Shown piece after piece: positions 12,426 through 28,320 of a stretch of 64,000 nucleotides of DNA. Positions within the stretch are counted from its first letter, which is position 1. Every line of letters starts with the position of its first letter. The stretch spans positions 69,936,001 through 70,000,000 of the forward strand of contig OZ024746.1 in assembly GCA_964016885.1 (NCBI GenBank), given 5' to 3'. A program made the position numbers and the translations under genes. Source of the stretch: Eledone cirrhosa (Eukaryota). Below the pieces are notes generated by a model. The model did no database searches. It was given only the letters and a program-made list of their open reading frames with translations, and was not told the origin of the DNA.

Positions 12426-13063
12426 ATACAAAACCTATACAAAATGTTGCCGATTATGGTCCCTTTGGCATTTCATCCTGTCGTCCGATGGACCCCAACC
12501 TCATTTGAAAACTCACCAAAACAAAACAGCGAAGTAAAGGGGAAGTAATGTTCATCACTGCAAAATCTTTGGCAGAGCTAAAAAGTCATGCTGGTGCCAC
12601 TCATTTGTGAGAAGAAAGTCACATGGTGGCAATTCTTGAAATTAAGATGCAGCCATTATGAATATATGTGTCTGTATATGTATGTTACTAAAACCCTGGT
12701 GGATTACAAACCCCAATAATGATACACAGATGGAGATACATCTGGTATTTACATAACAATAACAGACAAGATACGACGCCATATTAAGTAGGGTTAAGCA
12801 ATTTACTACTTACGTAAGACAAAGAAAAAAATAGATAAACAAAATAAAAATATGAACGTATTACAAATTGAAGAGAGACATAGAATCTGCTACACAAGGA
12901 AGAAGACTAAAGAGGGAAATATTAGGGTAGTCGAAAATTATATCTGAAAAATAAACATCAAACACGTTTCTTGATACGAGGATTCTTGAACTAACAATAA
13001 TCATACCTCATTCTCATTCCAAATAAAAATAAAATATGAAGCAATTAGTTTGAAGGAGAAAAC

Positions 13064-14065
<1,002 letters not shown>

Positions 14066-14068
14066 GAT

Positions 14069-17000
14069 AACAACACCAACAACAATGACAGCAGTTTCAT
14101 CTATAACACCAACAACAATGACAGCAGTTTCATCTATAACACAAACAACAATTTCAGCAGTTTCATCTATAACACAAACAACAATGACAGCAGTTTCATC
14201 TATAACACCAACAACAATGATAGCAGTTTCATCTATAACGCCAACAACAATGACAGCAGTTTCATCTATAACAACAACAACAATGACAGCAGTTTCATCT
14301 ATAACACCAACAACAATGATAGCAGTTTCATCTACAACACCAACAATGACAGCAGTTTCATCTATAACACAAACAACAATTTCAGCAGTTTCATCTATAA
14401 CACAAACAACAATGACAGCAGTTTCATCTATAACACCAACAACAATGACAGCAGTTTCATCTATAACGCCAACAACAATGACAGCAGTTTCATCTATAAC
14501 AACAACAACAATGACAGCAGTTTCATCTATAACACCAACAACAATGATAGCAGTTTCATCTACAACACCAACAATGACAGCAGTTTCATCTACAACACCA
14601 ACAATGACAGCAGTTTCATCTATAAGACCAACAATGACAGCAGTTTCATCTACAACACCAACAATGACAGCAGTTTCATCTATAACACCAACAACAAGGA
14701 CAGCAGTTTCATCTATAACGCCAACAACAATGACAGCAGTTTCATCTATAACGCCAACAACAATGACAGCAGTTTCATCTACAACACCAACAACAATGAC
14801 AGCAGTTTCATCTACAACACAAACAACAATGACAGCAGTTTCATCTACAACACCAACAATGACAGCAGTTTCATCTACAACACCAACAATGACAGCAGTT
14901 TCATCTATAAGACCAACAATGACAGCAGTTTCATCTACAACACCAACAATGACAGCAGTTTCATCTATAACACCAACAACAAGGACAGCAGTTTCATCTA
15001 TAACGCCAACAACAATGACAGCAGTTTCATCTATAACACCAACAACAATGACAGCAGTTTCATCTACAACACCAACAATGACAGCAGTTTCATCTATAAG
15101 ACCAACAATGACAGCAGTTTCATCTACAACACCAACAATGACAGCAGTTTCATCTATAACACCAACAACAATGACAGCAGTTTCATCTATAACACCAACA
15201 ATGACAGCAGTTTCATCTACAACACCAACAACAATGACAGCAGTTTCATCTACAACACCAACAACAATGACAGCAGTTTCATCTATAACGCCAACAACAA
15301 TGACAGCAGTTTCATCTACAACACCAACAACAATGACAGCAGTTTCATCTACAACACCAACAACAATGACAGCAGTTTCATCTACAACACCAACAACAAT
15401 GACAGCAGTTTCATCTATAACACCAACAACAATGACAGCAGTTTCATCTACAACACCAACAACAATGACAGCAGTTTCATCTACAACACCAACAACAATG
15501 ACAGCAGTTTCATCTATAACACCAACAACAATGACAGCAGTTTCATCTACAACACCAACAACAATGACAGCAGTTTCATCTACAACACCAACAACAATGA
15601 CAGCAGTTTCATCTACAACACCAACAACAATGACAGCAGTTTCATCTATAACACCAACAACAATGACAGCAGTTTCATCTACAACACCAACAACAATGAC
15701 AGCAGTTTCATCTACAACACCAACAACAATGACAGCAGTTTCATCTATAACGCCAACAACAATGACAGCAGTTTCATCTACAACACCAACAACAATGACA
15801 GCAGTTTCATCTACAACACCAACAACAATGACAGCAGTTTCATCTATAACACCAACAACAATGACAGCAGTTTCATCTACAACACCAACAACAATGACAG
15901 CAGTTTCATCTACAACACCAACAACAATGACAGCAGTTTCATCTATAACGCCAACAACAATGACAGCAGTTTCATCTACAACACCAACAACAATGACAGC
16001 AGTTTCATCTACAACACCAACAACAATGACAGCAGTTTCATCTACAACACCAACAACAATGACAGCAGTTTCATCTATAACACCAACAACAATGACAGCA
16101 GTTTCATCTACAACACCAACAACAATGACAGCAGTTTCATCTACAACACCAACAACAATGACAGCAGTTTCATCTATAACACCAACAACAATGACAGCAG
16201 TTTCATCTACAACACCAACAACAATGACAGCAGTTTCATCTACAACACCAACAACAATGACAGCAGTTTCATCTACAACACCAACAATGACAGCAGTTTC
16301 ATCTATAACACCAACAACAATGACAGCAGTTTCATCTATAACACCAACAACAATGACAGCAGTTTCATCTACAACACCAACAATGACAGCAGTTTCATCT
16401 ATAACACCAACAATGACTGCAGTTTCATCTACAACACCAACAACAATGACAGCAGTTTCATCTACAACACCAACAATGACAGCAGTTTCATCTACAACAC
16501 CAACAACAATGACAGCAGTTTCATCTACAACACCAACAACAATGACAGCAGTTTCATCTACAACACCAACAACAATGACAGCAGTTTCATCTACAACACC
16601 AACAACAATGACAGCAGTTTCATCTACAACACCAACAATGACAGCAGTTTCATCTATAACACCAACAACAATGACAGCAGTTTCATCTACAACACCAACA
16701 ACAATGACAGCAGTTTCATCTACAACACCAACAACAATGACAGCAGTTTCATCTACAACACCAACAACAATGACAGCAGTTTCATCTGTAACACCAACAA
16801 CAATGACAGCAGTTTCATCTACAACACCAACAACAATGACAGCAGTTTCATCTACAACACCAACAACAATGACAGCAGTTTCATCTACAACACCAACAAC
16901 AATGACAGCAGTTTCATCTACAACACCAACAACAATGACAGCAGTTTCATCTACAACACCAACAACAATGACAGCAGTTTCATCTACAACACCAACATTG

Positions 17001-20000
17001 ACAGCAGTTTCATCTATAACACCAACAACAATGACAGCAGTTTCATCTACAACACCAACAACAATGACAGCAGTTTCATCTACAACACCAACATTGACAG
17101 CAGTTTCATCTATAACACCAACAACAATGACAGCAGTTTCATCTACAACACCAACAACATTGACAGCAGTTTCATCTACAACACCAACATTGACAGCAGT
17201 TTCATCTACAACACCAACATTGACAGCAGTTTCATCTACAACACCAACATTGACAGCAGTTTCATCTATAACACCAACAACAATGACAGCAGTTTCATCT
17301 ACAACACCAACAACATTGACAGCAGTTTCATCTACAACACCAACATTGACAGCAGTTTCATCTACAACACCAACATTGACAGCAGTTTCATCTACAACAC
17401 CAACATTGACAGCAGTTTCATCTATAACACCAACAACAATGACAGCAGTTTCATCTACAACACCAACAACATTGACAGCAGTTTCATCTACAACACCAAC
17501 ATTGACAGCAGTTTCATCTACAACACCAACATTGACAGCAGTTTCATCTACAACACCAACATTGACAGCAGTTTCATCTATAACACCAACAACAATGACA
17601 GCAGTTTCATCTACAACACCAACAACATTGACAGCAGTTTCATCTACAACACCAACATTGACAGCAGTTTCATCTACAACACCAACATTGACAGCAGTTT
17701 CATCTACAACACCAACATTGACAGCAGTTTCATCTATAACACCAACAACAATGACAGCAGTTTCATCTACAACACCAACATTGACAGCAGTTTCATCTAT
17801 AACACCAACAACAATGACAGCAGTTTCATCTACAACACCAACAACAATGACAGCAGTTTCATCTACAACACCAACATTGACAGCAGTTTCATCTATAACA
17901 CCAACAACAATGACAGCAGTTTCATCTACAACACCAACAACAATGACAGCAGTTTCATCTACAACACCAACATTGACAGCAGTTTCATCTATAACACCAA
18001 CAACAATGACAGCAGTTTCATCTACAACACCAACAACATTGACAGCAGTTTCATCTACAACACCAACATTGACAGCAGTTTCATCTACAACACCAACATT
18101 GACAGCAGTTTCATCTACAACACCAACATTGACAGCAGTTTCATCTATAACACCAACAACAATGACAGCAGTTTCATCTACAACACCAACAACAATGACA
18201 GCAGTTTCATCTACAACACCAACATTGACAGCAGTTTCATCTATAACACCAACAACAATGACAGCAGTTTCATCTACAACACCAACATTGACAGCAGTTT
18301 CATCTACAACACCAACATTGACAGCAGTTTCATCTACAACACCAACATTGACAGCAGTTTCATCTATAACACCAACAACAATGACAGCAGTTTCATCTAC
18401 AACACCAACAACAATGACAGCAGTTTCATCTACAACACCAACATTGACAGCAGTTTCATCTATAACACCAACAACAATGACAGCAGTTTCATCTACAACA
18501 CCAACATTGACAGCAGTTTCATCTATAACACCAACAACAATGACAGCAGTTTCATCTACAACACCAACAACAATGACAGCAGTTTCATCTATAACACCAA
18601 CAACAATGACAGCAGTTTCATCTACAACACCAACAACAATGACACCAGTTTCATCTACAACACCAACAACAATGACAGCAGTTTCATCTACAACACCAAC
18701 AACAATGACAGCAGTTTCATCTACAACACCAACAACAATGACAGCAGTTTCATCTACAACACCAACAACAATGACAGCAGTTTCATCTATAACACCAACA
18801 ACAATGACAGCAGTTTCATCTACAACACCAACAACAATGACAGCAGTTTCATCTACAACACCAACAACAATGACAGCAGTTTCATCTACAACACCAACAA
18901 TGACAGCAGTTTCATCTATAACACCAACAACAATGACAGCAGTTTCATCTACAACACCAACAACAATGACAGCAGTTTCATCTACAACACCAACAACAAT
19001 GACAGCAGTTTCATCTACAACACCACCAACAATGACAGCAGTTTCATCTACAACACCAACAACAATGACAGCAGTTTCATCTATATCACCAACAACAATG
19101 ACAGCAGTTTCATCTACAACACCAACAACAATGACAGCAGTTTCATCTACAACACCAACAACAATGACAGCAGTTTCATCTACAACACCAACAACAATGA
19201 CAGCAGTTTCATCTATATCACCAACAACAATGACAGCAGTTTCATCTACAACACCAACAACAATGACAGCAGTTTCATCTATAACACCAACAACAATGAC
19301 AACAGTTTCATCTATAACACCAACAACAATGACAGCAGTTTCATCTATAACACCAACAATGACAGCAGTTTCATCTATAACACCAACAACAATGACAGCA
19401 GTTTCATCTACAACACCAACAACAATGACAGCAGTTTCATCTACAACACCAACAACAATGACAGCAGTTTCATCTATAACACCAACAACAATGACAGCAG
19501 TTTCATCTACAACACCAACAACAATGACAGCAGTTTCATCTATAACACCAACAATGACAGCAGTTTCATCTATAACACCAACAACAATGACAGCAGTTTC
19601 ATCTACAACACCAACAATGACAGCAGTTTCATCTATAACACCAACAATGAGAGCAGTTTCATCTATAACACCAACAATGACAGCAGTTTCATCTATAACA
19701 CCAACAACAATGACAGCAGTTTCATCTATAACACCAACAACAATGACAGCAGTTTCATCTACAACACCAACAACAATGACAGCAGTTTCATCTACAACAC
19801 CAACAATGACAGCAGTTTCATCTACAACACCAACATTGACAGCAGTTTCATCTATAACACCAACAACAATGACAACAGTTTCATCTATAACACCAACAAC
19901 AATGACAGCAGTTTCATCTACAACACCAACAACAATGACAGCAGTTTCATCTATAACACCAACAATGACAGCAGTTTCATCTATAACACCAACAACAATG

Positions 20001-22064
20001 ACAGCAGTTTCATCTACAACACCAACAACAATGACAGCAGTTTCATCTACAACACCAACAACAATGACAGCAGTTTCATCTACAACACCAACAATGACAG
20101 CAGTTTCATCTATAACACCAACAACAAGGACAGCAGTTTCATCTATAACACCAACAACAATGACAGCAGTTTCATCTATAACACCAACAACAAGGACAGC
20201 AGTTTCATCTATAACACCAACAACAATGACAGCAGTTTCATCTATAACACCAACAACAAGGACAGCAGTTTCATCTATAACACCAACAACAATGACAGCA
20301 GTTTCATCTACAACACCAACAACAATGACAGCAGTTTCATCTACAACACCAACAACAATGACAGCAGTTTCATCTACAACACCAACAACAATGACAGCAG
20401 TTTCATCTACAACACCAACAATGACAGCAGTTTCATCTATAACACCAACAACAAGGACAGCAGTTTCATCTATAACACCAACAACAATGACAGCAGTTTC
20501 ATCTATAACACCAACAACAATGACAGCAGTTTCATCTATAACACCAACAACAATGACAGCAGTTTCATCTACAACACCAACAATGACAGCAGTTTCATCT
20601 ATAACACCAACAATGAGAGCAGTTTCATCTATAACACCAACAACAATGACAGCAGTTTCATCTATAACACCAACAACAATGACAGCAGTTTCATCTATAA
20701 CACCAACAACAATGACAGCAGTTTCATCTATAACACCAACAACAATGACAGCAGTTTCATCTACAACACCAACAACAATGACAGCAGTTTCATCTATAAC
20801 ACCAACAACAATGACAGCAGTTTCATCTATAACACCAACAACAATGACAGCAGTTTCATCTACAACACCAACAATGACAGCAGTTTCATCTATAACACCA
20901 ACAATGAGAGCAGTTTCATCTATAACACCAACAATGACAGCAGTTTCATCTATAACACCAACAACAATGACAGCAGTTTCATCTATAACACCAACAACAA
21001 TGACAGCAGTTTCATCTACAACACCAACAACAATGACAGCAGTTTCATCTACAACACCAACAATGACAGCAGTTTCATCTATAACACCAACAATGACAGC
21101 AGTTTCATCTACAACACCAACAATGACAGCAGTTTCATCTACAACACCAACAATGACAGCAGTTTCATCTATAACACCAACAATGAGAGCAGTTTCATCT
21201 ATAACACCAACAATGACAGCAGTTTCATCTATAACACCAACAATGAGAGCAGTTTCATCTATAACACCAACAATGAGAGCAGTTTCATCTATAACACCAA
21301 CAATGACAGCAGTTTCATCTATAACACCAACAATGAGAGCAGTTTCATCTATAACACCAACAATGACAGCAGTTTCATCTATAACACCAACAACAATGAC
21401 AGCAGTTTCATCTATAACACCAACAACAATGACAGCAGTTTCACCTACAACACCAACAACAATGACAGCAGTTTCATCTACAACACCAACAATGACAGCA
21501 GTTTCATCTACAACACCAACAATGACAGCAGTTTCATCTACAACACCAACAATGACAGCAGTTTCATCTATAACACCAACGACAATGACAGCAGTTTCAT
21601 CTACAACACCACCAACAATGACAGCAGTTTCATCTATAACACCAACAATGACAGCAGTTTCATCTACAACACCAACAACAATGACAGCAGTTTCATCTAC
21701 AACACCAACAATGACAGCAGTTTCATCTACAACACCAACAACAATGACAGCAGTTTCATCTACAACACCAACAACAATGACAGCAGTTTCATCTACAACA
21801 CCAACAATGACAGCAGTTTCATCTATAACACCAACAACAATGACAGCAGTTTCATCTACAACACCAACAATGACAGCAGTTTCATCTACAACACCAACAA
21901 CAATGACAGCAGTTTCATCTACAACACCAACAATGACAGCAGTTTCATCTACAACACCAACAATGACAGCAGTTTCATCTACAACACCAACAACAATGAC
22001 AGCAGTTTCATCTATAACACCAACAACAATGACAGCAGTTTCATCTACAACACCAACAACAATT
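14069..22064 (+). repeat. ~8-kb minisatellite, ~250 units of 30/33 bp (aca[aca]atgacagcagtttcatctayaacacca)
   Basis: Direct reading. Length variants differ by one ACA triplet. It produces the 2660-aa (MTAVSSTTPT[T])n ORF. Confidence 0.97.
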
Positions 22065-22149
22065 TAGTAAACAATTCTGTGACTTTTGCACATCTTATAA
22101 TGACTTCAGAAAGTTGTAGTGAAAAACCATACCTTCATGATCTTCTAAC

Positions 22150-22605
22150 CCCACCACCATCACCACTACCACTACGACCACCACTGCCACCACCACCACT
22201 ACCACAATCACCACCACCACCATTACCACTATCACTATCACTACCACCACTACCACTACCACCACTACCACTACCACCACCACTACCACCACTACCACTA
22301 CCACCACTACCACTACCACCACCACTACCAGCATCATTACCACTACCACCACCACTACCACTACCACCACCATTGCCATCACTACCACCACCACTACCGC
22401 CATTACCACTACCACCACCACCACCACTACTACCACCACCACTGCCATCACTACCAACACCACTACCGCCATTACCACCACCACCACCACCACTACTACC
22501 AATAACACTACCACCACCACCAGTACCACTACCACTACTACCACCACTATCACTACCACTATTACTACCAGCACTACCACTACCACCATTACCATAACCA
22601 CCACA
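22150..22605. repeat. Degenerate (ACC/ACT)n low-complexity tract
   Basis: Direct reading; explains the poly-Pro/Val/Gly ORFs. Confidence 0.9.
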
Positions 22606-22738
22606 ATTGATTGATATGTGGTTCTCAATTCTCACTTTCCATATATTTTCTCTGGAGGCTTAACTAACAATATAGTGTTCTTAATATATTTTAAGCATAT
22701 ATATCTCTATCCATGTATAATATATAACAAATATATTA

Positions 22739-22776
<38 letters not shown>

Positions 22777-22777
22777 C

Positions 22778-22912
<135 letters not shown>

Positions 22913-23131
22913 CATTATTGAGTAAAATAATAGGAGGCCGGACTGGTGAAAATTCCTTCAAAGATATATTATAGCATACACTATGTATATTTAAGTGAAG
23001 TGGCCAAGTTCCGTAAGATCCTGGGGACATCATCAGGTGTTTTTTGCATAATAGTTATATGATAATGGAATAATGGTAAACACAATCCAAGAGGCTATAA
23101 AAACACAGATAAATGTATATAGATATGTATG

Positions 23132-23242
<111 letters not shown>

Positions 23243-23461
23243 AATGAATAATAACAGGTAGCACACGGAATAAATTACCTTTTTATGATGTCTACTTGTT
23301 ATTATTATTATTCATTCTTTATATACACTCCGGAATACTGAAGGATCAGGAACTAAGTTTCTTCAACAATTCTTCCATAACTCGTAGAGTAACCTCTTAC
23401 CGTACGTCAACCATATCCAGTGTAGTAATTAACCATTACTACATCTTGGATAATCCTATAC

Positions 23462-23535
<74 letters not shown>

Positions 23536-23762
23536 CACACACACATAGAGAAAGGACTCTTCTAAAGATATCGACATTTCAGGTGTTGGTGTTAATCTTG
23601 ATAAACAGTATAAATGTATCACCTTCGAATAGGATCTGTCCCAAAGAAGGGTTTCCACACAGTGTTAGTCTATCAAATTTCTCTCACCAGGCTTTGTCCA
23701 GCTCGAGGGTATAGCAGAAGGCACCTGTCAAACGTGTAGCACAACGGGATCGAATCCGAAGG

Positions 23763-24200
23763 TGTCATACCTACGACTCTATTTAGATACTCACTCATAC
23801 CTATAGCTCTATTTATAACACAGTCATGCCTATGGCTCTATTTAGATACTCACTCATACCTATAGCTCTATTTATAACACAGTCATGCCTATGGCTCTAT
23901 TTAGATACTCACTCATACCTATAGCTCTATTTATAACACAGTCATGCCTATGGCTCTATTTATAAGACAGTCATACCTATGGTTTTATTTAAAAGCCAGT
24001 CATACCCTCGGCTCTATTTAAAGCCTATTCATACCAACGATTCTATTTAATTACTTAGTCATACATACGGCTCTATTTAAAACATTGTCATACCTACGGC
24101 TCTATTTAAAACCCAGCAATACCAACGATTCTATTTAAATACTCAGTCATACCTACGGCTATATATAAAATCCGGTTATATCTACGGCCCTATTTAAAAC
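23763..24200 (+). repeat. 29-30-bp tandem repeat (cagtcatacctatggctctatttaaata-like) with a 59-bp dimeric higher-order unit
   Basis: Identical 59-bp units start at 23789, 23848 and 23907, then the monomers diverge. Confidence 0.85.
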
Positions 24201-24408
24201 ATAGAAAACACAGTAAATGTAAGTTTTGCTTTGAATTAATTAAATTTCAGAGGTTTAGATTTAGATAAGATTTTAAAAAAGTTACAAAGCCGTAATCGAT
24301 TACCGAACCATTATAATTACTGGGGGATATTCGAAGTACAGCAGAGAGTATCTTAGTAAATCTAAGTGATAGACTTCATTCTTCGCCCAGTTTATCACCA
24401 TTACCTGG

Positions 24409-24819
24409 CTATTGGGTACTTTGAGCAGAGTCTACTCTGTTAGAAGCATTTGTGCCGCCAGGTCTCCAGTTTAAAGATTCCTTCCTTCCTCCTTCCCACC
24501 AGTCTAGAATGTTCTGGAAAGTGTCACGAGAACTGCCATTCCCTTTCTGATTAAACAATAGCAAAACATAAATAAATAAAGAAATAAAATGAATAAAATA
24601 AACATAAACATGATTTAAAAAAAAAGAAACTAGTTCTCATCTCATCAGATCTGTAGAGCTTAGATGATGGTTATAATTCCATCAATGGCTTTTAGCCATA
24701 AACTCCAGTTGGAAAGAAAGTCGTTGGCTTTTTCCCCAGTTACAATCTCATCTTTCTTCGAAGCTGTTGCTAAAGAGGTTATTATTATTCCATTAAATAC
24801 TAACACCTTAACACCTTAA
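24409..24819 (-). other. Possible two small exons or pseudo-exons in a unique-sequence island
   Basis: Pyrimidine-tract AG acceptors before 24819 and 24546. Frames read VLVFNGIIITSLATASKKDEIVTGEKANDFLSNW... and KGNGSSRDTFQNILDWWEGGRKESLNWRPGG...Q*. No recognised homology. Confidence 0.2.
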
Positions 24820-25403
24820 CTACAAGAAAAAAGCCGATTTTGCAGTTAAACCGCTTCTCTTTTGCAAGAATGGAACGAATTCACGTATACATGATCATGA
24901 CATCTGTCGCATTTTATATGTATGTCTATTTTTCTCCTTTTCCCCCCATACATGCATATATACACATACACATGCACTTACATATACAATACATGTGTGT
25001 GTGTGTGCACGCGTGTGTGTGTGTGCATACGTTAGTGTATGTGTGTTCATGTGTGTCTGTAGGGAAAGGTTTTATTTTCAAGTATGTTATATTAAGCTGA
25101 TATATATAACGGATGAAGAAATATTAATATGAAAAATAATTAATAAAAATAATTAAGCTCAAACACTGTTGTATGTTTGTCAGTCAGTTAGTCTCTCTGT
25201 GTCTCAGCCTGTATGTACATGTGTATTTATACATATACGTACGTATATGCGTATGTATGTTTGTATGCATGTTTGTACATTCGTACGTCTATTTATTTAC
25301 TTGTATGCATACATGTACATACGTACGTTCGTATGTATGTATGTATGTATGTATGTATGTATGTATGTATGTATGTATGTATGTATGTATGTATGTATGT
25401 ATG

Positions 25404-27770
25404 TTCTTCTGGTTTTATAATTTCACAAATGTTTACCAAAAGAGAGAGAGTCGGTTTCTAACACAGACACAAGACTCTCTCATTGGAATTTACACAACAT
25501 CAACTAGGTAGATATGTATGTATGCATGTATGTGTAGATATGGGTGTTATTGTATGTGTGGATGTGAACGCTTTGAGTTGTATGTGTGCATGTGTATATG
25601 CTTTGCATCTGTACATGTGTATATGCAGTTATTAGATGCAACATTTTTGGAATGTTTTACATATTTTTACTGTTCCAAATGGATTGTACCTGTAATTTCC
25701 TAACTAGTTATGTTCTTTCTGTTTCTGTGAAGCCTAGCTTCTCAAGATTTGTATTGAGGCAGTTACTAACATACCCCAGTGCCCCAATAACCACAGGCAT
25801 AAATCTAAAGGTGTAATCAGGGTGGAGTATCTGCAGATTTCTCATCAGTTCTGCATAAATATTCTCCTTTTCACTAATCTTTGATATTATATTGGCATCT
25901 GCTGGGCAGCTAATTTCCACTACTGTGCATGTTTTCTTCTCCCTGTCCCATATCATAATATCTGGTCTGTTATGCCTGCATTTTATTGGGGTTTTTACTG
26001 GAACATTCCACCAGTACTCTTTCATATTATGTACATGGATATCTTCCACATTGCTTTTAATGTGTTTATTATTGGGGCTATCTTTTTTACGAACTGCATT
26101 GTACAGTGTTTTGGCCACTACATCATGCCTCATAGGTAGATAGTACCGCGATGACATCTTTGGACAGCTGCTAATGACATGGGTGATATCCTCGATGTTA
26201 GTTCTGCAGAGTCTGCACTTGTTATCACATCTAGATGTTTTGCCTGCATCCCTATCTCTTTTGTGAATCAGGTATTTCGTGTTAATCTCCTGTTCTTGGA
26301 TTGCAAAAGCGTATCCTTCAAAGTGGGAGCCAATATAGCGGTTGTTGGTCCAAGATAGACTACTTTCCTTATCTATATTACTCTCACTCTGGAGCTTCCT
26401 GGCAACATATCCATGCATGATTTTTTGCTGATAGGCATGCAGTGTTTCATCCATGGATTCACTGCGATACTGCTGAGCGACTTGCCCGAGTGTGAGTTTT
26501 TGATTATCACACAGGGAATATCTCTCGAGGAGTTCCTTCCCAACTCTCATGAACTTATTTTCATGCAGATAGACTTGCTCGAGAAACGGGCTCCTACGCT
26601 TCCAGGTTCGTAGATGTTGTCGGAGAGATATGATGCGACATTCAAATGTTGTCTGGACTGATGTTAGGCCTCTTCCTCCCTGCTTACGTTTCAAGTAAAG
26701 GCGGTCTATGTCACTGTTGATGTGGAAGTTTCCGGTGTTGTTTAGCATTTTTCGAGTTTCAACATCAACTGCTCGGATTTCGTCTATCGTCCAATTGAGT
26801 ATTCCAAACGTTGGTGTTAGGACAGGCACTGCAAACACATTGTGAGCCACTGTTTTGTTAGCGCTGAGAGTTCCGATGACCAGATCTTTCTTAATCGGGT
26901 GTAGTATTCCCTGGTTACACGTTCTTTATTACAGACACCATTATAGGATATGTTCTCATTTATCCCCAGGTATCTGTAGCAGTCCTCATCAGATATCGGT
27001 GAAACAGTTAGGCCATTGATGACAATGTTGCTAGATTGGGTTGTTGTTTTTCCCCGCTTTGCAGTCATGTATGAGCATTTATCTTGGCCAAACACCATTC
27101 CTATATCCTTTGAGAACGTTGTAACCAGGTCAAGATTTTTCTTCATCCCATCCATGTTCTTGGCATAGAGTTTCAGATCGTCCACAAAGAAATGGGTTAG
27201 GTTCGATTTTTGTCCTCCTGTGGGCCAATGATGTATCCCTCACATTTCTTGAGCAGAAAGGACAAGGGGTTTAATGACAAGATGAATAATATCACAGAGA
27301 GACTGTCCCTCTGAAATATACCCCTGCAATATTTTATTTTATCAGTGAAAATAGAGTCCTCCCTCTCTGTCTTTAACCTTAGGATAGTAGCCCTAGAAGA
27401 AGACAGCCTCTCTATGGCTCTGACAAGAATGTCTGGGACTTTAGCAAGTTGGAGGGCCTCTATCATCCAAGGGTGGGGAACAGAATCGAAAGCTTTCCTG
27501 TAGTCCAGCCAGACTGTAGCAGCCATATTCCTCCTAAGTTGTCGCACCTCCGACATCGCATTTTTGTTGATTAGGAGTTGTTCAGCACATCCCCAAACCC
27601 TCTTCTTTCCAGCTGCTTGTTCATCTGTGATGATGTTATTATTTTCACAGTGATCTTGGAGGAATAGGTTCAGGCAGGCTGTATACATCTTATACATCAA
27701 GTTCTGGCATGTAATCGGACGGTACTTTTTGCCAAGTGGGTATCTTTGTTCTTGGGGACCAGTAATGTTT
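25404..27770 (-). mobile_element. 5'-truncated R4/Dong-like non-LTR element (RT + CCHC + restriction-like endonuclease), frameshifted
   Basis: YRPITC, WLDYRKAFDSVPH, GIFQRDSLS, DDLKLYA, YLG; CRLC..EDITHVISSC, RHD, RPDIMIWD..VEISCP..KISEKE. The 3' UTR ends at 25404 in (CATA)n; the 5' junction is also (TATG)n. Confidence 0.9.
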
Positions 27771-27859
27771 ATGTATGTATGTATGTATGTATGTATGTAT
27801 GTATGTATGTATGTATGTATGTACATAGAAATAATAGGGCTGGAAAGCCGTCGCGCGGT

Positions 27860-28320
27860 TAAACCCCTGGGAGTGAAGGACCCCTAGCCTTTGTCAGGGC
27901 ATTCTTCTAGGAGAAGGCAATTGAGGAAACTGAGATAACTCAGACATAAAACCTGCGGCTCAGTAGTTACCGATGATGTTGATCTTTTCTTCTTTTCGGG
28001 TTATAGCTACTGTCGCTCAGAGAGTGGGATTGGCTCAGTGCACAGTCTTTCCTCACTTTAAAAAATATCTTCACGCACAGGCATTGCACGCACAGGCATT
28101 GCACGATAGAATTAATTAATTGTTTCTACTTTTGGTACAAGGCCATCAATTACCCAGTGTATTACTAGAATTAATTAATAATTATTAATAATGGTATATC
28201 GTGCAATGGCTATACTCGATAACGAGGGGCCAGCCATCATGTACGTATGTATGTATGTATTATGTATGTATGTATGTATGTACGTATGTATGCATGTATG
28301 TATGTGTGCGTATGTATATA
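27860..28320 (+). mobile_element. RTE-like 5'-UTR segment plus RTE-type tail (11002 family), with a SINE fragment between
   Basis: ctgggagtgaaggacccct..ttctaggagaagg..cgatgatgttga..agagagtgggattggct..gcacaggcattgc matches 11461-11660. The tail is at 28200-28250. Confidence 0.6.

Noticed and set aside
14069-22064. CRISPR-like array, or a confident mucin gene
   Set aside because: No unique spacers and a eukaryotic context; the ORF is explained by unit composition. Kept only as a low-probability finding.
22079-22635. Proline-rich or glycine-rich ORFs (extensin/formin-like)
   Set aside because: Degenerate (ACC/ACT)n tract open in several frames, and out of frame with the preceding ORF.
23029-23035. 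CTGATGA on the minus strand in a TA-flanked segment
   Set aside because: No suitably placed GAAA or stems found.
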